The translations under genes and the position numbers were made by a program. DNA of 64,000 bases from Octopus bimaculoides (taxonomy: Eukaryota): the NCBI RefSeq assembly GCF_001194135.2, contig NC_068991.1, positions 26,901,647 to 26,965,646 on the forward strand. The letters are read 5' to 3'. The first letter of the stretch is position 1, and every line of letters starts with the position of its first letter. Below, piece by piece: positions 1 to 12,455 of the stretch. The notes below the pieces were generated by a model, which worked only from the letters and a program-made list of their open reading frames with translations, searched no databases and was not told the DNA's origin.

Positions 1-110
1 ATTTTATTAAGCCCGAAGGAAAAATAAAAGTCAAGGTCGACTTCGGAGGAATTTCAATTCAGAATATGAAGACAGATGAAGTACCGCTAAACATTTCCCC
101 CCACTGTGCT
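1..110 (-). mobile_element. tRNA-derived SINE, family A (GGCGGCGAGCTGGCAG-headed), partial degenerate copy
   Basis: Segment aaggtcgacttcggaggaatttcaattcagaatatgaagac...accgctaaacattt matches the better-preserved minus-strand copies at 13815-14000 and 16066-16215. Confidence 0.55.
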
Positions 111-206
111 TACGATTTCACCTGTTCGTTGACTCATTGTATCCATAAATAGTGAGATTTCATTTATAGTCTAGTACATGTTCAAGTCTAGTTCATTATT
201 TCCATG

Positions 207-300
207 GCTTAAGCGGTGAGCTGGCAGAATCGTTAGCACGCCGGGCAAAATGCTTAGTGTTATTTTGCCCGTCGTTACTTTCTGAGTTCAAATTCTGTTG
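207..300 (+). mobile_element. SINE family A, 5' head
   Basis: taagcggtgagctggcagaatcgttagcacgccgggcaaaatgcttag...ctgagttcaaattc, with a B-box-like GAGTTCAAAT; the same head recurs more than 15 times in the window. Confidence 0.7.
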
Positions 301-2654
301 GATCCTCATTTATTTAGTGACCCACAGTATCTATTGCGTTATGTGTTTATAAATGCGCTATTGTAGATTCATGTCATATGCCTATATGGGGTGGGTGTGC
401 ATTTGATTGATAATTGAAATCCCTAACAATAGGGATTTTGCAAGTATCAATTTACTTGCAGTTTGCAAAGAAATTATACGGGCATCTGCATAGGAATTGA
501 AGCAACTGGAATATATAGAAGCAATCGGAATATAGAGCTCGAAAGTAATAATATTCATAAATATTCATGAACTGGTACGTGGCTTTTCACTGCCTGTTCA
601 TCAAAAGTAATCTCACAATAAAATACTAGAGTGTCACAAAATATAAGTGACGCATTCTCTACTTGGAACACATATATAATATTTGATGATGTACTGTTCC
701 GTGCATATACGTGCGCAAATATATATAGGCGTATATATGTCTGTGTATGTGTCTGTGTGCATGTATATATATATATATATATATATAATTTTGATAGCAT
801 AATATATATTAAGTAAGATTTAGTAAACTGTGGTAAGACATGGAGTTTATTACCATGTTAGTAACTATCAAGTGATTTAACTTGCAATCTTTTAATTGTT
901 TGGCGGTTTTGTACTTTTGCCCTCTCGTATGTCTAAGAGGCAGAAAACACTCAGGAACGTGTAGACTTCACTTGGTCGTCTAGTATTACTACCACTTGGT
1001 AATATGCTGGCTATATAAGATTTTGCATTACATTTTGAAGGTAATTTCCACTAGCATTCACCTTTCGATCAGTAGTCTCCCTTTAACTGTAAAATAGTTG
1101 ATAGCCGTATTGGCTGCTAGTACTTATGTTATTTCTATTCTTTATTATTATTTTTTTCTTATGATGAGATGGTGTAGAAGGTTGACATAGTTTTCTCTCC
1201 TACACCTTTTTTATTTACTAGTCCATCTTTTCTTTTTTACTTCTTTATTTACCCCTCTAACGGTCTTAACTTGCCCTTGGTTCAAATATAACTGACCAAT
1301 TGCAGGACTTTGGTCAATTCCATTACGGACAACAGGTCTTTGGTCTCTATAATATTCAGTAAGTACACGATTAAAAAAAAAAACCTACGAGTTTGGTTCT
1401 GGATAAATATTAATCATAAGCATTATGCATTTTCTAGACATATTGATGAATCCTGTTTTACTTTAGCACTAGATTTATCCTACAACTATATATACACATT
1501 GGTACCCCTACATAAAGGGATAACCAATAAATTATTTGCCTAACTCATTTACTAGTTCACTCTTTTGCCTATCGACATCAGGCTTCTCACTGTAAAATGG
1601 TATGATCCTAATATATTTAGCCTTCTGGCCGCTTCTCGAAGCCCTGTTCGTATTCAAACCGCTAACTCTGCTATATATGTGTCTGTTTGTGTGTGTGTTT
1701 ACATATATATATTTATAAATAGTCATACATATATATTTATAAAGAATGGATCAAATAGAGAGATTCAGCTGACAATCCAATAATTTATTTATATTACAAT
1801 ATATCATAAAATACTATGGGTATCATATAACATAAACATCATTAAAAAATAAGTTTAAACAAATTGTTGGCTGTTTTGATTGTAATGATTTTTTAAAAGT
1901 TATATTATTATTATATCCATAGTATATTATGTTATAATATAAATAAATTATTGGATTGCCGATTGAATCTCCCTATTTACTTTATTGTTTATAATTTGCA
2001 TTTTACCCATATTATGTGGTATTCAACTGACGTAACAGTGAATTGGATGAGTTATACATCCGTTTGAAAGAATCCCTTTCCTTAGATTGTTGCTATATAT
2101 ATTTTTATATATATACATTTATACATATATTCATATATATATTTATTTATATATCTTTATATAGAAAGTTGTATATATACATATATAAATTCATTAATTA
2201 GAAATATTCAATAGGAATATGATATGCTGAATTTATACTCAACAAAATTATACTCAACAAAATGTAGATGTATATAGTTAGTGATGCAACCCAGAAACAT
2301 TTATATATTTATCGCTGGTAATAGGATATGTGTGAAGTTGATTTTCTTATCCTGTGGTAACCCCATTAAACAAAAATATCAAGTGTGCTTCTCATGTATG
2401 GTAAATTTTAATCTATTTATTGGATTTGGTGAAAAATGGCGTCGATATTACAGTTCTTCAATGGACCAATTTCCCTATATTTCCAGGAGAGAGCAGGAAC
2501 ATATTTAAGGCAGTGCAGAATAATTACTTCCAGGTAATTTGAGCGTAAAAACTTATTTGCTTTTCTATAACCCTGAGTATATCCACTGTCATTATAAATA
2601 TGCGAATACGTTTAAACACATGTTGGTACGTGTATCTACAAAGTTTCACGCATA

Positions 2655-2775
2655 AGTTACTGGCTGACGTGTGAAAACGTTAAAAGGTAAAACACTTGCC
2701 TAAGGTGTCGAGTAGCGAAACGAATTCAGAGACTCCTCACTACGAAGCAAATTTTTCAACAACACACACACGTAT
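2655..2775 (-). mobile_element. SINE family B (GGCGTAGG/GTGGCTGTGTGGTAAGAAG-headed), decayed head
   Basis: aaacacttgcctaaggtg...aagcaaatttttcaacaacac resembles the reverse-strand head of the near-full-length copy at 54141-54560. Confidence 0.4.
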
Positions 2776-4339
2776 TTATGCTTTCGATTATAGTGTGTGA
2801 GAGTGATAAGAAATATTTATAACAATTTTACTCTAGACACGTATAAAAAGGATTCCGCCGCCTCTTTCAATGTAAGCCACTCTTTCGTGATGACCTCCTA
2901 TAAATTACTTCAGCTATGCACAGAAACATTCATGAGTGCCTATTCATAAATCAGACAGATCTCAATTATGTTCTAAATTATATCGTTCGAGAAAATGAAT
3001 CACACACAAATACAAACAAAATTTAAACTAAAACGCTATATTTCGTTATTTTTCAATGAAATTTACAAGTATATAAATAGGCTGCATCTTATACAAATTT
3101 ATTTTCATGTAAAAATTGGGTTCAATGTTAACAAACATTTCTGTTAACATTTATGTAATATATTTATCAATTGATGTAAGTCTAGACATCTTACTAATAT
3201 TGAATATTGGAATCAGACTTCTCGCTCGATAAGATATACACTTACCAGTATTTTAGTTACAAATTCAACTGATAGGGTAACACGAGAAATCAGACATTCC
3301 TGAACACGTAATATCCATTTTAATATAAATTCCAATTAATTATATGACGTGTATATTGAATTTTTTAGTGTTAAAATTTGTTTTGTATTCAAACATATAA
3401 AAGAACATACAAATACCAATCAACTGATTCATGTCCATTTACTGACGGGTTAAATATTCGTCTTATTTTTATTGTTTGAGGTGGTTTTGGAATACAGTTG
3501 CAAGTAAGATACAGTCAGCGAAAGAAATATGATGATAGACATTCCAGTAATCACTTTCTTATCATTTATGAGTGGGTGGGAGCTTCTAGAACAACATTAT
3601 CTTATGCATGTACTTTACCTTTCTAAGACAATGAAGTGTAATTTGAGGATCTATCTGCTACTTGGCTCTCTCGTTGGCTCGATGGTTTTGCAAGAAAAGA
3701 GATGTAGTATTCTCCACAATCAATAATATACACATGACTCGATGTATTCTTCCAGACACGTTGTACAGAAATTATTTAAAATCTTTTGGTTCTCCAGTTT
3801 TCAAATTTCCAATCTATAATAACTAAAATGACAATGTTGTCATTACATAATGCTTTGGTAGATTTCAAAACTGTCATTTTAAATAGGTTATAATTGGATA
3901 GAAAGGTTGGTATTGAGTATGTCGTGGAATCAAAAATTATTAAGTAAACGTTAACTTATCCAATGATTATGCGAAACGAAACATGTTATAAATTGAATAG
4001 ATGCAGAGACCAATCTATGCATGACGCTACCAATAATGCACACGTTCAGACACAGACATACATATAAATTCAAACACTTATAGAGATACATATATACAGA
4101 CATACAGACCCATATTTATATACATAGATATGGGTATGCATGTTTATGAATGAATGTCAAAAGTGCAAGGGTTACATAACCATTTTTTATAGCTTACAGT
4201 TGTTTCGCATATAAAGAACTGTGCACTCATCTCAACTTTGGATGCAATATTTTCATAGTCGAAATAGTTGGAAGTTAATGAAACTGATTTTTCTGTTATT
4301 CATTTATAAATTAATCCTTTCTAATATAGGTACATGTCC

Positions 4340-4460
4340 TGATATTTTGAGGGAAGGGTCTTGTCGATTACATTGACCATATTACTCGACTGATGCTTAT
4401 TTTATCGAACCTGAAAGCATAAAAGGCGAAGTCGATCTCAGCTGAATTGTGGAACTCAGC
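4340..4460 (-). mobile_element. SINE family A, central part
   Basis: gtcgattacattgacc...ttattttatcgaacctgaaagcataaaaggcgaagtcgatctcagc matches the family A core in reverse orientation. Confidence 0.55.
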
Positions 4461-4659
4461 GGAATAATTATAAATTAACATTACATCAAACACTTAACTT
4501 CTGGTTAACTTCTGGAAGCTTTCGACATCAGGGAAGCCACACTTCCTAAAGCTACATAGTTTTAATACTGTTCATTATAAGTACATTGTTTTGTAATGGG
4601 TGGTTATTTGTTACTCTCTGGCAAAGTAGAATAATAAATTATATACACAAAAGCACACA

Positions 4660-4835
4660 CACGAGTGCGCAAACATACACGCACGCACACACTCACACAC
4701 ACACACACACACAGATAGATAGCTGCAAAGACAGACAGTCAGTCAGACAGACAGTCAGTCAGACAGACAGACAACAGACAGACAGATAGACAGAGAGACA
4801 GATAGATAGATATATATATATATAGATAGATAGAA
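4660..4835. repeat. Compound microsatellite (CA)n-(GACA)n-(GATA)n-(TA)n
   Basis: Directly visible. Confidence 0.9.
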
Positions 4836-5820
4836 ATGTTTGCTGTTATTAGAAGTGATGCTAATATTTCCCTTATTTCTCTGTTGACTATTTTGCTGAT
4901 ACAAGTAAAATATTGCACTTTCTTCTTTTTTTTTTCGCACAATATACTTCTACCTACAAAATAACCTACAGTAAAATGATTTATATGGTTTATATTTCCA
5001 GTCGGTGCAGTTTGTGCTCTCATTTTTTGTATATTAATGTTAGGTAATATAAGCAGTTACCGAGTCCTCACTATAATAACTCAATTAGTATAAGATAGAA
5101 GGGTGATTATTGAATATGCCTAAATTAAGTTCGTTCGGGGCAAATAATATTCTTACCATCTTGATAATCATAACAGTCAAGCATTTCTGAAGTTGACATA
5201 CGGAATGCGAACAGCTGAGTATTTTATGATACATATTCCAACACATTAGAAATCATGATATTAGTGAATACTTATGTTATTTGTAAGGTATCAAAATAAA
5301 AAGCGTGTTAGCGAACAGACATTGAGATACGTGATAAACGTGTTTGAATATATCAGCACAAAATAAATTCATACGACAGAGCAATGTCAACATATATCAC
5401 TTTTAACCCATAATACAATTCAGTGAACGTGGAAAAAGCAATCCGTATGAAAGCAGAGATAAACGAGGTAAGATGGATTTATTTGATCAAGGGATAAAGG
5501 CAAAAGTTGCACAAGACTAAGGTAGACAGTTAGTTATTAGAAATCTCTAGCAAGAAATAGATTACCTGAATAATACATTGAATAATGAAATAAAGTATAG
5601 AATTACTTGTGGTGATCATGAGATTAGTTTCTCGAAGCAATTACAAAGCAGGATAAGTATATCATATAACATTATATAATCATGTATTTTACTGGTGTTT
5701 TTCACTAATGTAATGAAAGTGATGGTGTGATAAAAGAATGGTTTCAGAGAACTGATTGGAAAATGTGTAATATATTTTTATTTTCTTACATGTATTGAAA
5801 AAAAAGAGATTCTACCTCTG

Positions 5821-5826
5821 TGTGAG

Positions 5827-5874
<48 letters not shown>

Positions 5875-5969
5875 NNNNNNNNNNNNNNNNNNNNNNNNNN
5901 NNNNNNNNNNNNNNNNNNNNNNNNNNNNNNNNNNNNNNNNNNNNNNNNNNNNNNNNNNNNNNNNNNNNN

Positions 5970-6002
<33 letters not shown>

Positions 6003-6040
6003 ACACACACATACACACACATATATATATATATATATAT
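5821..6040. repeat. (TG)n / N gap / (CA)n-(TA)n microsatellites
   Basis: Directly visible; source of six spurious CV/HT ORFs. Confidence 0.95.
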
Positions 6041-7618
6041 AATGTATGTATACACTGGTTGGAAAAAATGAGGGAAAGACCACTTCATATCAAACTATAT
6101 ATATATTAGCGATATGACAAATCAAGATCTGTTCTTGTTTGTATATGTGTTCATATGTATTATGTATGCCTACTACTTAATAATATAGCCTTTTTTTCTT
6201 CTCTGGCATATATGTCTTAAATAAGTAAAAATTCATGACGTAAAGGGTACAAATTATTGGGCTACAGATTTATATCACTAAATCGCTTAACTGTTTAATG
6301 TTTCCAAGAATCTGCAAAATGCTACTGGAATTTCAAAACGATGGTAAATCTAGCCCTGGAGGGTATAATTCTGAGTGGGAGGCAAACCTCACAGAGAGGG
6401 ACCACAGAATAATGTAACGCACTGTATAAAAGCTATCTATTTACAGTGACAAATGTAACAGTAGAGATTAATCCACCACCTAGTGAATCCTGCATCCACC
6501 GAAATTGTTTGTCGTGCACTCCCCAAAGCTTAATGCCATAAAAAAGCTATAATTTTTAATACTCGTCGGTATTGACAAGCAGAATATTGGTGTAAAGACT
6601 ATTAAGAAGTGGTAAACGAAAGAGACATTTTCTTTGATAAATCTTTATTCACCGTTTTCCCTAAATAGGGCGAGTTTATGTTTTGAGATAGTCCTACAAA
6701 TCTTTAACAATGACTCTTTCGCCCTTACCTTGACACATGGCAACGACTTTGTACTGATTTGAGCAGGCGTATTCGGAATTATTGTAGCCATTAATTAGTT
6801 CTATATATCAGAGTTAACGCCAAGTATAATCTGAATATTTCAGTGAATTCTGTTCATGCTGTTGTACAAATATAGTTGCCTGAGTGTAACGCAATTTGCC
6901 TCGATAGCAATGTGCCGACTTAGACGGCAGTTATTATCCAAAATTGATACAAGTTACATGAAAGTAAATTAAACCATTTCTCCCTGCTATTTTCACTGAA
7001 AGAGCTAAAGCAGGTTTTATTTGCAGAATGGCTCAAGATTTCCCTAACCACTGTTCAGAACATGATCGGTTGTTTGAGAACAAATCAAAGTTAAGAATAT
7101 TCTAGGAAAACTCATGCTCCAAACAAATTTTACAATACCAACATAGGCAGCTCTATTATACCCGAAACAATCTGTGAAAATGTCTTAAATTTTGTAATCC
7201 TACTCGGTTAGTTATTTAAAGCTAAAAATTCTATTTCAAATGGAAACATATATTTGTGCATATAGACATTGTTTCATGGAAGGTATTTGGAGAGAAAGTG
7301 AAAGTGTAATCACTCGTTTCCCGTATCTCAGTATTATTCGATCAAATTATCTTTTCTCTGTTTTCACAGTTTCTCACTTTGTCCTTGAATCCAGTGCGTA
7401 TATGACTGTGGAAGTAGGCATTGACATGACATGTGCCCAAGTATGTATTTCAGATTTCATGTGGAGCGTAATCCTACACTACATATCTATAGTTTTTACA
7501 TAAGTATATTTCTGTACAGCTGGGCTGAGGGAATCTGTATACATACTGGAAGGTACTCAGACATTTCTCAAACGTACGCTCAAATATTTCTCAGACATTT
7601 CTCATGGCACCACTACAG

Positions 7619-8110
7619 TCGTTCGTGCATTTCTACTGCTTTTAGTTTTTTTCCTGTTTTTCAGCTACTATTTACTGAAAGATATTTTTGTCCTACTCCA
7701 ATTTCTTCATTTTTCACATTTTTCCCTAACTCTAACCCTAAAATCCCAGCCCTAACCTAACCCTAAAACCCCTACCCTAAACCTAAAATCCTAACACTAA
7801 CTATAAAACCCTAACCCTAATACTAAACCCTAACCCTAATACTAAACCCTAACCCTAACCCTAAAATCCTAATCCTACCCCTAATTTTAAAACCCTAACC
7901 CCAACCCTAACCTAACCCTAAAGCCCTAACCCTAACACTAACTCTAAAACATTATCCCTAACCCTAAAACCCTAACCCTGACCCTAAAACTCTAACCCTA
8001 ACTCTAAAACCCGAACCCTAACCCTAACCCTAAAACCCTGACCCTGACCCTAAAACCCTAACCTCAACCCTAAAACCCTAACTCTAAAACCAGTACAAAC
8101 GCACGAACGA
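7619..8110. mobile_element. MITE-like unit: 20-bp inverted repeats enclosing a telomere-like array
   Basis: tcgttcgtgcatttctactg (7619-7638) versus cagtacaaacgcacgaacga (8091-8110): 18/20 reverse-complementary. No TSD is evident. Confidence 0.5.
7724..8090 (-). repeat. Degenerate interstitial (TTAGGG)n-like array
   Basis: About 370 bp of taaccc with interspersed taaaaccc, tgaccc, taacac and taatac variants. Confidence 0.9.
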
Positions 8111-8547
8111 TTTCATAAATAACAGTGACAAACGAAATATACACCGTCGATAGCTGTTGATAAACAACGGAAGTAATTTTATTCAGCTGAATACACGTCA
8201 CTGATTGGTTGAAATTACCTAAATACGACAACTTTAACACGAAATAACTTTGAAAATATAAACGTTTCTCAACAACAGTAAGAGTAAGAGATGTTTTATA
8301 TGACACAGTCTACCAGTGTCCGAAGTTTGAAAGTGTTTAGTTACAAAAAATTAATTTTTCGATGTGCCGTTCAAAGGGAAATTATCCCCCATGATCTGTT
8401 TGAGGATACATCTGTTTGTAAAAACCAGTTTGTAGAAAATGTTTGTAGACTAAGTAGATGTTATAGTTTATTTCCTAAACCATACTCTCCGAGCTTAATT
8501 TGCATATATATATTTTTTTTTTTTTTTTTTTTTTTAGTATCTGTATG

Positions 8548-8765
8548 CTGAAAGGCGGCAAGCAGGCAAAATTGTTAGCTCGTTAGGCAAAATGTTTATT
8601 TCGCTCACCTTTAAGTACTGAGTTCAAATCACCCCCAGGTCAACTTTAATTTTCAGTACCAATTTTTGACTTTAAGTACTGGTTGAGCACAGGAATCGAA
8701 GTAATCGATTTACCCCACTATCCCTGAACTTGCTTGCCTTGCGCCAAAATTTGAAACCAATATTT
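8548..8765 (+). mobile_element. SINE family A, near full length
   Basis: Head gaaaggcggcaagcaggcaaaattgttagc, B-box ctgagttcaaatc, tail gccaaaatttgaaaccaatatt. Confidence 0.75.
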
Positions 8766-8817
8766 ATCATACACGACCATTGAATATATGTTAATTTGAA
8801 ATGTGCAGGTTTCAAGA

Positions 8818-9027
8818 TTATTTGCTCCGGTTGTGTTTTAATATCGACACTTCAATATGTATATAGTCTACGTACAATCCCTTCTCTCTCCATGCATATA
8901 TCGACAAAGGAGTTAAGACCTTCTTAACATCTGATGGCAAATATGCATCTCTAGGTGTCTTTTGCACATACTGTTCTAGTTTAATGTACTCTTTTGCGTC
9001 TCTCTTGAGATGTAATCTCGTCGACAA
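8818..9027 (-). CDS. Candidate terminal coding exon of an unidentified protein (LSTRLHLKRDAKEYIKLEQYVQKTPRDAYLPSDVKKVLTPLSIYAWREKG...NRSK*)
   Basis: Acceptor tgcattttaatcag; only one frame stays open (69 codons plus TAA); charged, protein-like composition; joins 9099-9360 in frame via a 71-nt GT-AG intron. Confidence 0.45.
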   Translation of the reverse strand: MSTRLHLKRDAKEYIKLEQYVQKTPRDAYLPSDVKKVLTPLSIYAWREKGLYVDYIHIEVSILKHNRSK

Positions 9028-9098
9028 CTGATTAAAATGCAGTGATATATGAATTTTTAATAACACAGTGAAATTATCTTACATTAATCTCTATTTAC

Positions 9099-9360
9099 AA
9101 CTGCTTTACTAAAATAATTTATTTCAATCCTGTAGTTTTGCTTAGCTCTGCAATATTTGTTTGGTAATCTGTCTGGTTTTGTCAGCTTTACGAACCGCAC
9201 ATGATGTTTCTGACATTCCTTGCGCTGATTTAACTCGGCTTGGAGTCCTTTGCTTTCTTTACTGAGTTGTATAATTGTACTTATGATCGGGTAGCATATT
9301 TGTGTCTTATTAACTATTGGAAGTATTTGAACATTTCCATTATTATTTTCTTTCTTATTA
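9099..9360 (-). CDS. Candidate internal coding exon (NKKENNNGNVQ...ESKGLQAELNQRKECQKHHVRFVKLTKPDRLPNKYCRAKQNYRIEINYFSKAV)
   Basis: Acceptor ctaacctgcctttcag; single open frame of 87 codons; phase-0 donor GTT|gtaaat. A stronger donor, gtaaga at 9082, lies just past a TAA, so the gene could end in this exon instead. Confidence 0.5.
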
Positions 9361-11021
9361 CTGAAAGGCAGGTTAGAGTAGAACATGTTACGCTATCTCT
9401 CAAGCGAATTTATTGTAATAGATGAGAGATATATTAAATTTGATTCTGTTCGATATGTTGAAAAGTTATCTACTTATATTGGGAAAATATGAACAAGTAA
9501 TTGTTAGTACCATATATTTTCCCCAATCTCCACATCTGTTGTCCGGTACATATAATACAAATTACTATATTAGAACTTTCCCGAGTTCAAATGACACTGG
9601 CGTTAACTTTGCCTTTCATCATTCAGATACTTATAAAGTGTATTACGGAAATACAAAGGGACGATTTTTCACTCACTGTTCACATTTTTATATAAAATGT
9701 GGCCTTGTGCTTATGTAAGAAATTATCGTTATTAATATTGCAGAAACTTTCGTATGTATATCACGTGAAAGAAACTGAAAAACGAACAAGAAATATTTTT
9801 CTAATAGCCAAAACTTTAAAGGCGTAATCGCATATTCATTAAATTGAATATTTTTCTATATTCAGTTTTAAACATGCCTGTCACATTCTTTTTTTATTTG
9901 TGGGCTTATTATGTGCGTATTTCTACGTGCGCATATACCTGTATATATGTATACATGGATTCATATATAAGGGTGTTTGTGAATGTGTATAAATGTGTGT
10001 GTGTGTGGAGAGGAGGGCTGCTTTTACACGTGTTTTAGGTTTCGAATTCGTTGCATGTTCATGAATATTTACTTCCATATTTCAGTTTTCAACTGCAATG
10101 TTCGTAGAATATCTATTGTATCTGATAGCATCATAAGAAATATTTCACTTTCATAAATAAGAACTATATTTTAAACATATATGATTTTATTCATTCTCTG
10201 GAACGCCGACTACTCTTCAATTTAGTCCAGAAATAACAATAAAACGTATTCTCCTTTAATCTTGATTTCCCAGATATATATTTTAGAAATCAATTAGAAT
10301 GATCGAGTGTTTACATGCCAGCCTTCAAAAGAATTCTGAGAGAAGCACTCTACATCGCAAAAAAAAAGTTAAAAAACATGTTTATACATGATCTTTTACG
10401 TTTTCACATTTATGAGTTCAAATTATGCTTCAGTCTCACAAATGATATTCCGATGTCTGGTAAGATAAATGTCAGTGATAAATATTATATTCTTGTTTGA
10501 CATGAGCTAAAACTTTAGGTTAAATTACGATTGCGATATATTTCAACTTCTAAAGGTAAATTCACTGCAGTTACCGTGGAGAAGACATTCTCTCTTATGT
10601 TAAGAGGTATGGAAATACTTTATCTGTCACGTGTTGCCGTCTATCAGATTTTCAGATGCTTCGTTTCTGGCTCTTTAGTCTACATCAATGGGAAATACGG
10701 AAGGAAGGTAATTCTAAGCAGATGTAAAGCCGTAGCTTTAACTAAAAGTAGCCAACAATATTGACTGAGTTGCGCTGTTGGGCTGCTCGATTGAGAGAAA
10801 TTCAGTATGGTATATAGATCTGTACGTACATCTATATAGTCTCCCGATAAAATTAGCTCCTGTGTTTAACCGAACATATCTTTCCTGGTGGTTTAGAAAA
10901 CAGGAGTAACACTAGTGTGGCCCTCCTATGTTTATTCGGTTTCATTATATAAAACCTCCCTCCCTTTCTCTCTAACACATGTGCTTGTGTGTCTGTTTCC
11001 GGGGCATCAGTGTGTGTTTGT

Positions 11022-11411
11022 GTGGAGGCGCAATGGCCCAGTGGTTAGAACAGCGAACTCGCGGTCATAGGATCGCGGTTTCGATTCCAAGACCGGGCGT
11101 TGTGAGTGTTTATTGAGCGAAACCACCTAAAGCTCCACGAGGCTCCGGCAGGGGATGGTGGCGAACCCTGCTGTACTCTTCTACCACAACTTTCTCTCAC
11201 TCTTACTTCCTGTTTCTGCTGTGCCTGTAATTCAGAGGGTCAGCCTTGTCACACTGTGTCACGATGAATATCCCCGAGAACTACGTTAAGGGTACACCTC
11301 TCTGTGGAGTACTCAGCCACTTGCACGTTAATTTCACGAGCAGGCTGTTCCGTTGATCAGATGAACTGGAACCCTCGATGTCGTAAGCGACGGAGTGCCA
11401 ACAACAAACAA
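11022..11411 (+). mobile_element. tRNA-derived SINE family C, full length with TSD
   Basis: Box A tggcccagtggttag, box B ggtttcgattcc, 3' tail gtgccaacaacaaacaa, and an 11-bp target-site duplication tgtgtgtttgt (11011-11021 / 11412-11422). Confidence 0.85.
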
Positions 11412-12156
11412 TGTGTGTTTGTATGTGCATGCGAATTTTGCATTGAACATTGTATTAATTCAGTTTTAGGCGCTGCATTGGAATTATATTCTATACAAAT
11501 AATGTGAAGACGTCTTAAATAATACATAGATGTGAAGACATAAACGGAATATAAAAAGCTAAGTAGCAACACATGTGCACTTAGATTAAAACTAGAATAG
11601 AACATTTATTTGTGGCACCTTCCCTCCTTTTTTGCGATATTACTGACAGTTTTGCCATTATTGTACTATATTGGTTCATCTAATTTTCTTACCATTTGGT
11701 GCTATGCTAGTTATAGCTGATGATCGCAGACGCGGCGAAATCACGTGATACTGTAATGTCATCCACTGGTGCAGACGATCACTACATCAACCTATGTTAT
11801 CGGTATTTAATTTGCGCGTATCCTCTGCATGAGATGGTATCTCTGGACGTGGGCAGAGGTTTAAGTTGCTCTGAACAACACATCCAATTTAGGATGGGTG
11901 TGGTAATTATTATTTTTTTTTTTTTTTTGCAAACACTTTTCTTGTCGCTAATTGGTGAATTCCAAAATGTAGGGTGCGAATTTCAGTCAGGGTAAGAAAT
12001 TATTCCTGACTTGTTAGCACACAATATGCTTCACGAGACATGGTCAAATAGTAATGAAACATTCTCCATCTAAATAGAAATATCATTTGTGATTGACGAA
12101 TATGTCCACCCAGCACAACTATAATTTATTTCTTATTGATACTTTAATTCTCTGTT

Positions 12157-12455
12157 TAAGGCGGTGGGCTGAGAGATTCGTTATAACGTAGGGCGTAATG
12201 CTTATTGTCATTTCGTCCGTATTTACGTGCTGGGTTCAAATGTTGCCTGGTCGACATTTCCTTTCACCCCTATCGGAGATTGTTATTTTACCAGTTGGGC
12301 ATCGGTGTCGATAATAACCAGTTGAGCGTCAGCGTCGATAACAATCAGTTGAACATCGGGGTCGATAGCAACTGATTCAGCATTGAGGTCAATTTAATCG
12401 TTTTAGCCCTTCTCCACAAATTGTTGGCCTTGTTCTAAAATTTGAAACTAATAGC
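12157..12455 (+). mobile_element. SINE family A with internal 27-bp tandem amplification
   Basis: Head aaggcggtgggctgagagattcg, tail tctaaaatttgaaactaata, and four diverged 27-bp units at 12292-12399. Confidence 0.7.

Noticed and set aside
9422-9718. 98-aa plus-strand ORF with protein-like middle
   Set aside because: The middle (gagttcaaat...actttgcctttcatc) is a family A SINE remnant.
11022-11100. tRNA-like sequence with A and B boxes
   Set aside because: No closing acceptor stem; it is the head of a SINE with TSDs, not a tRNA gene.
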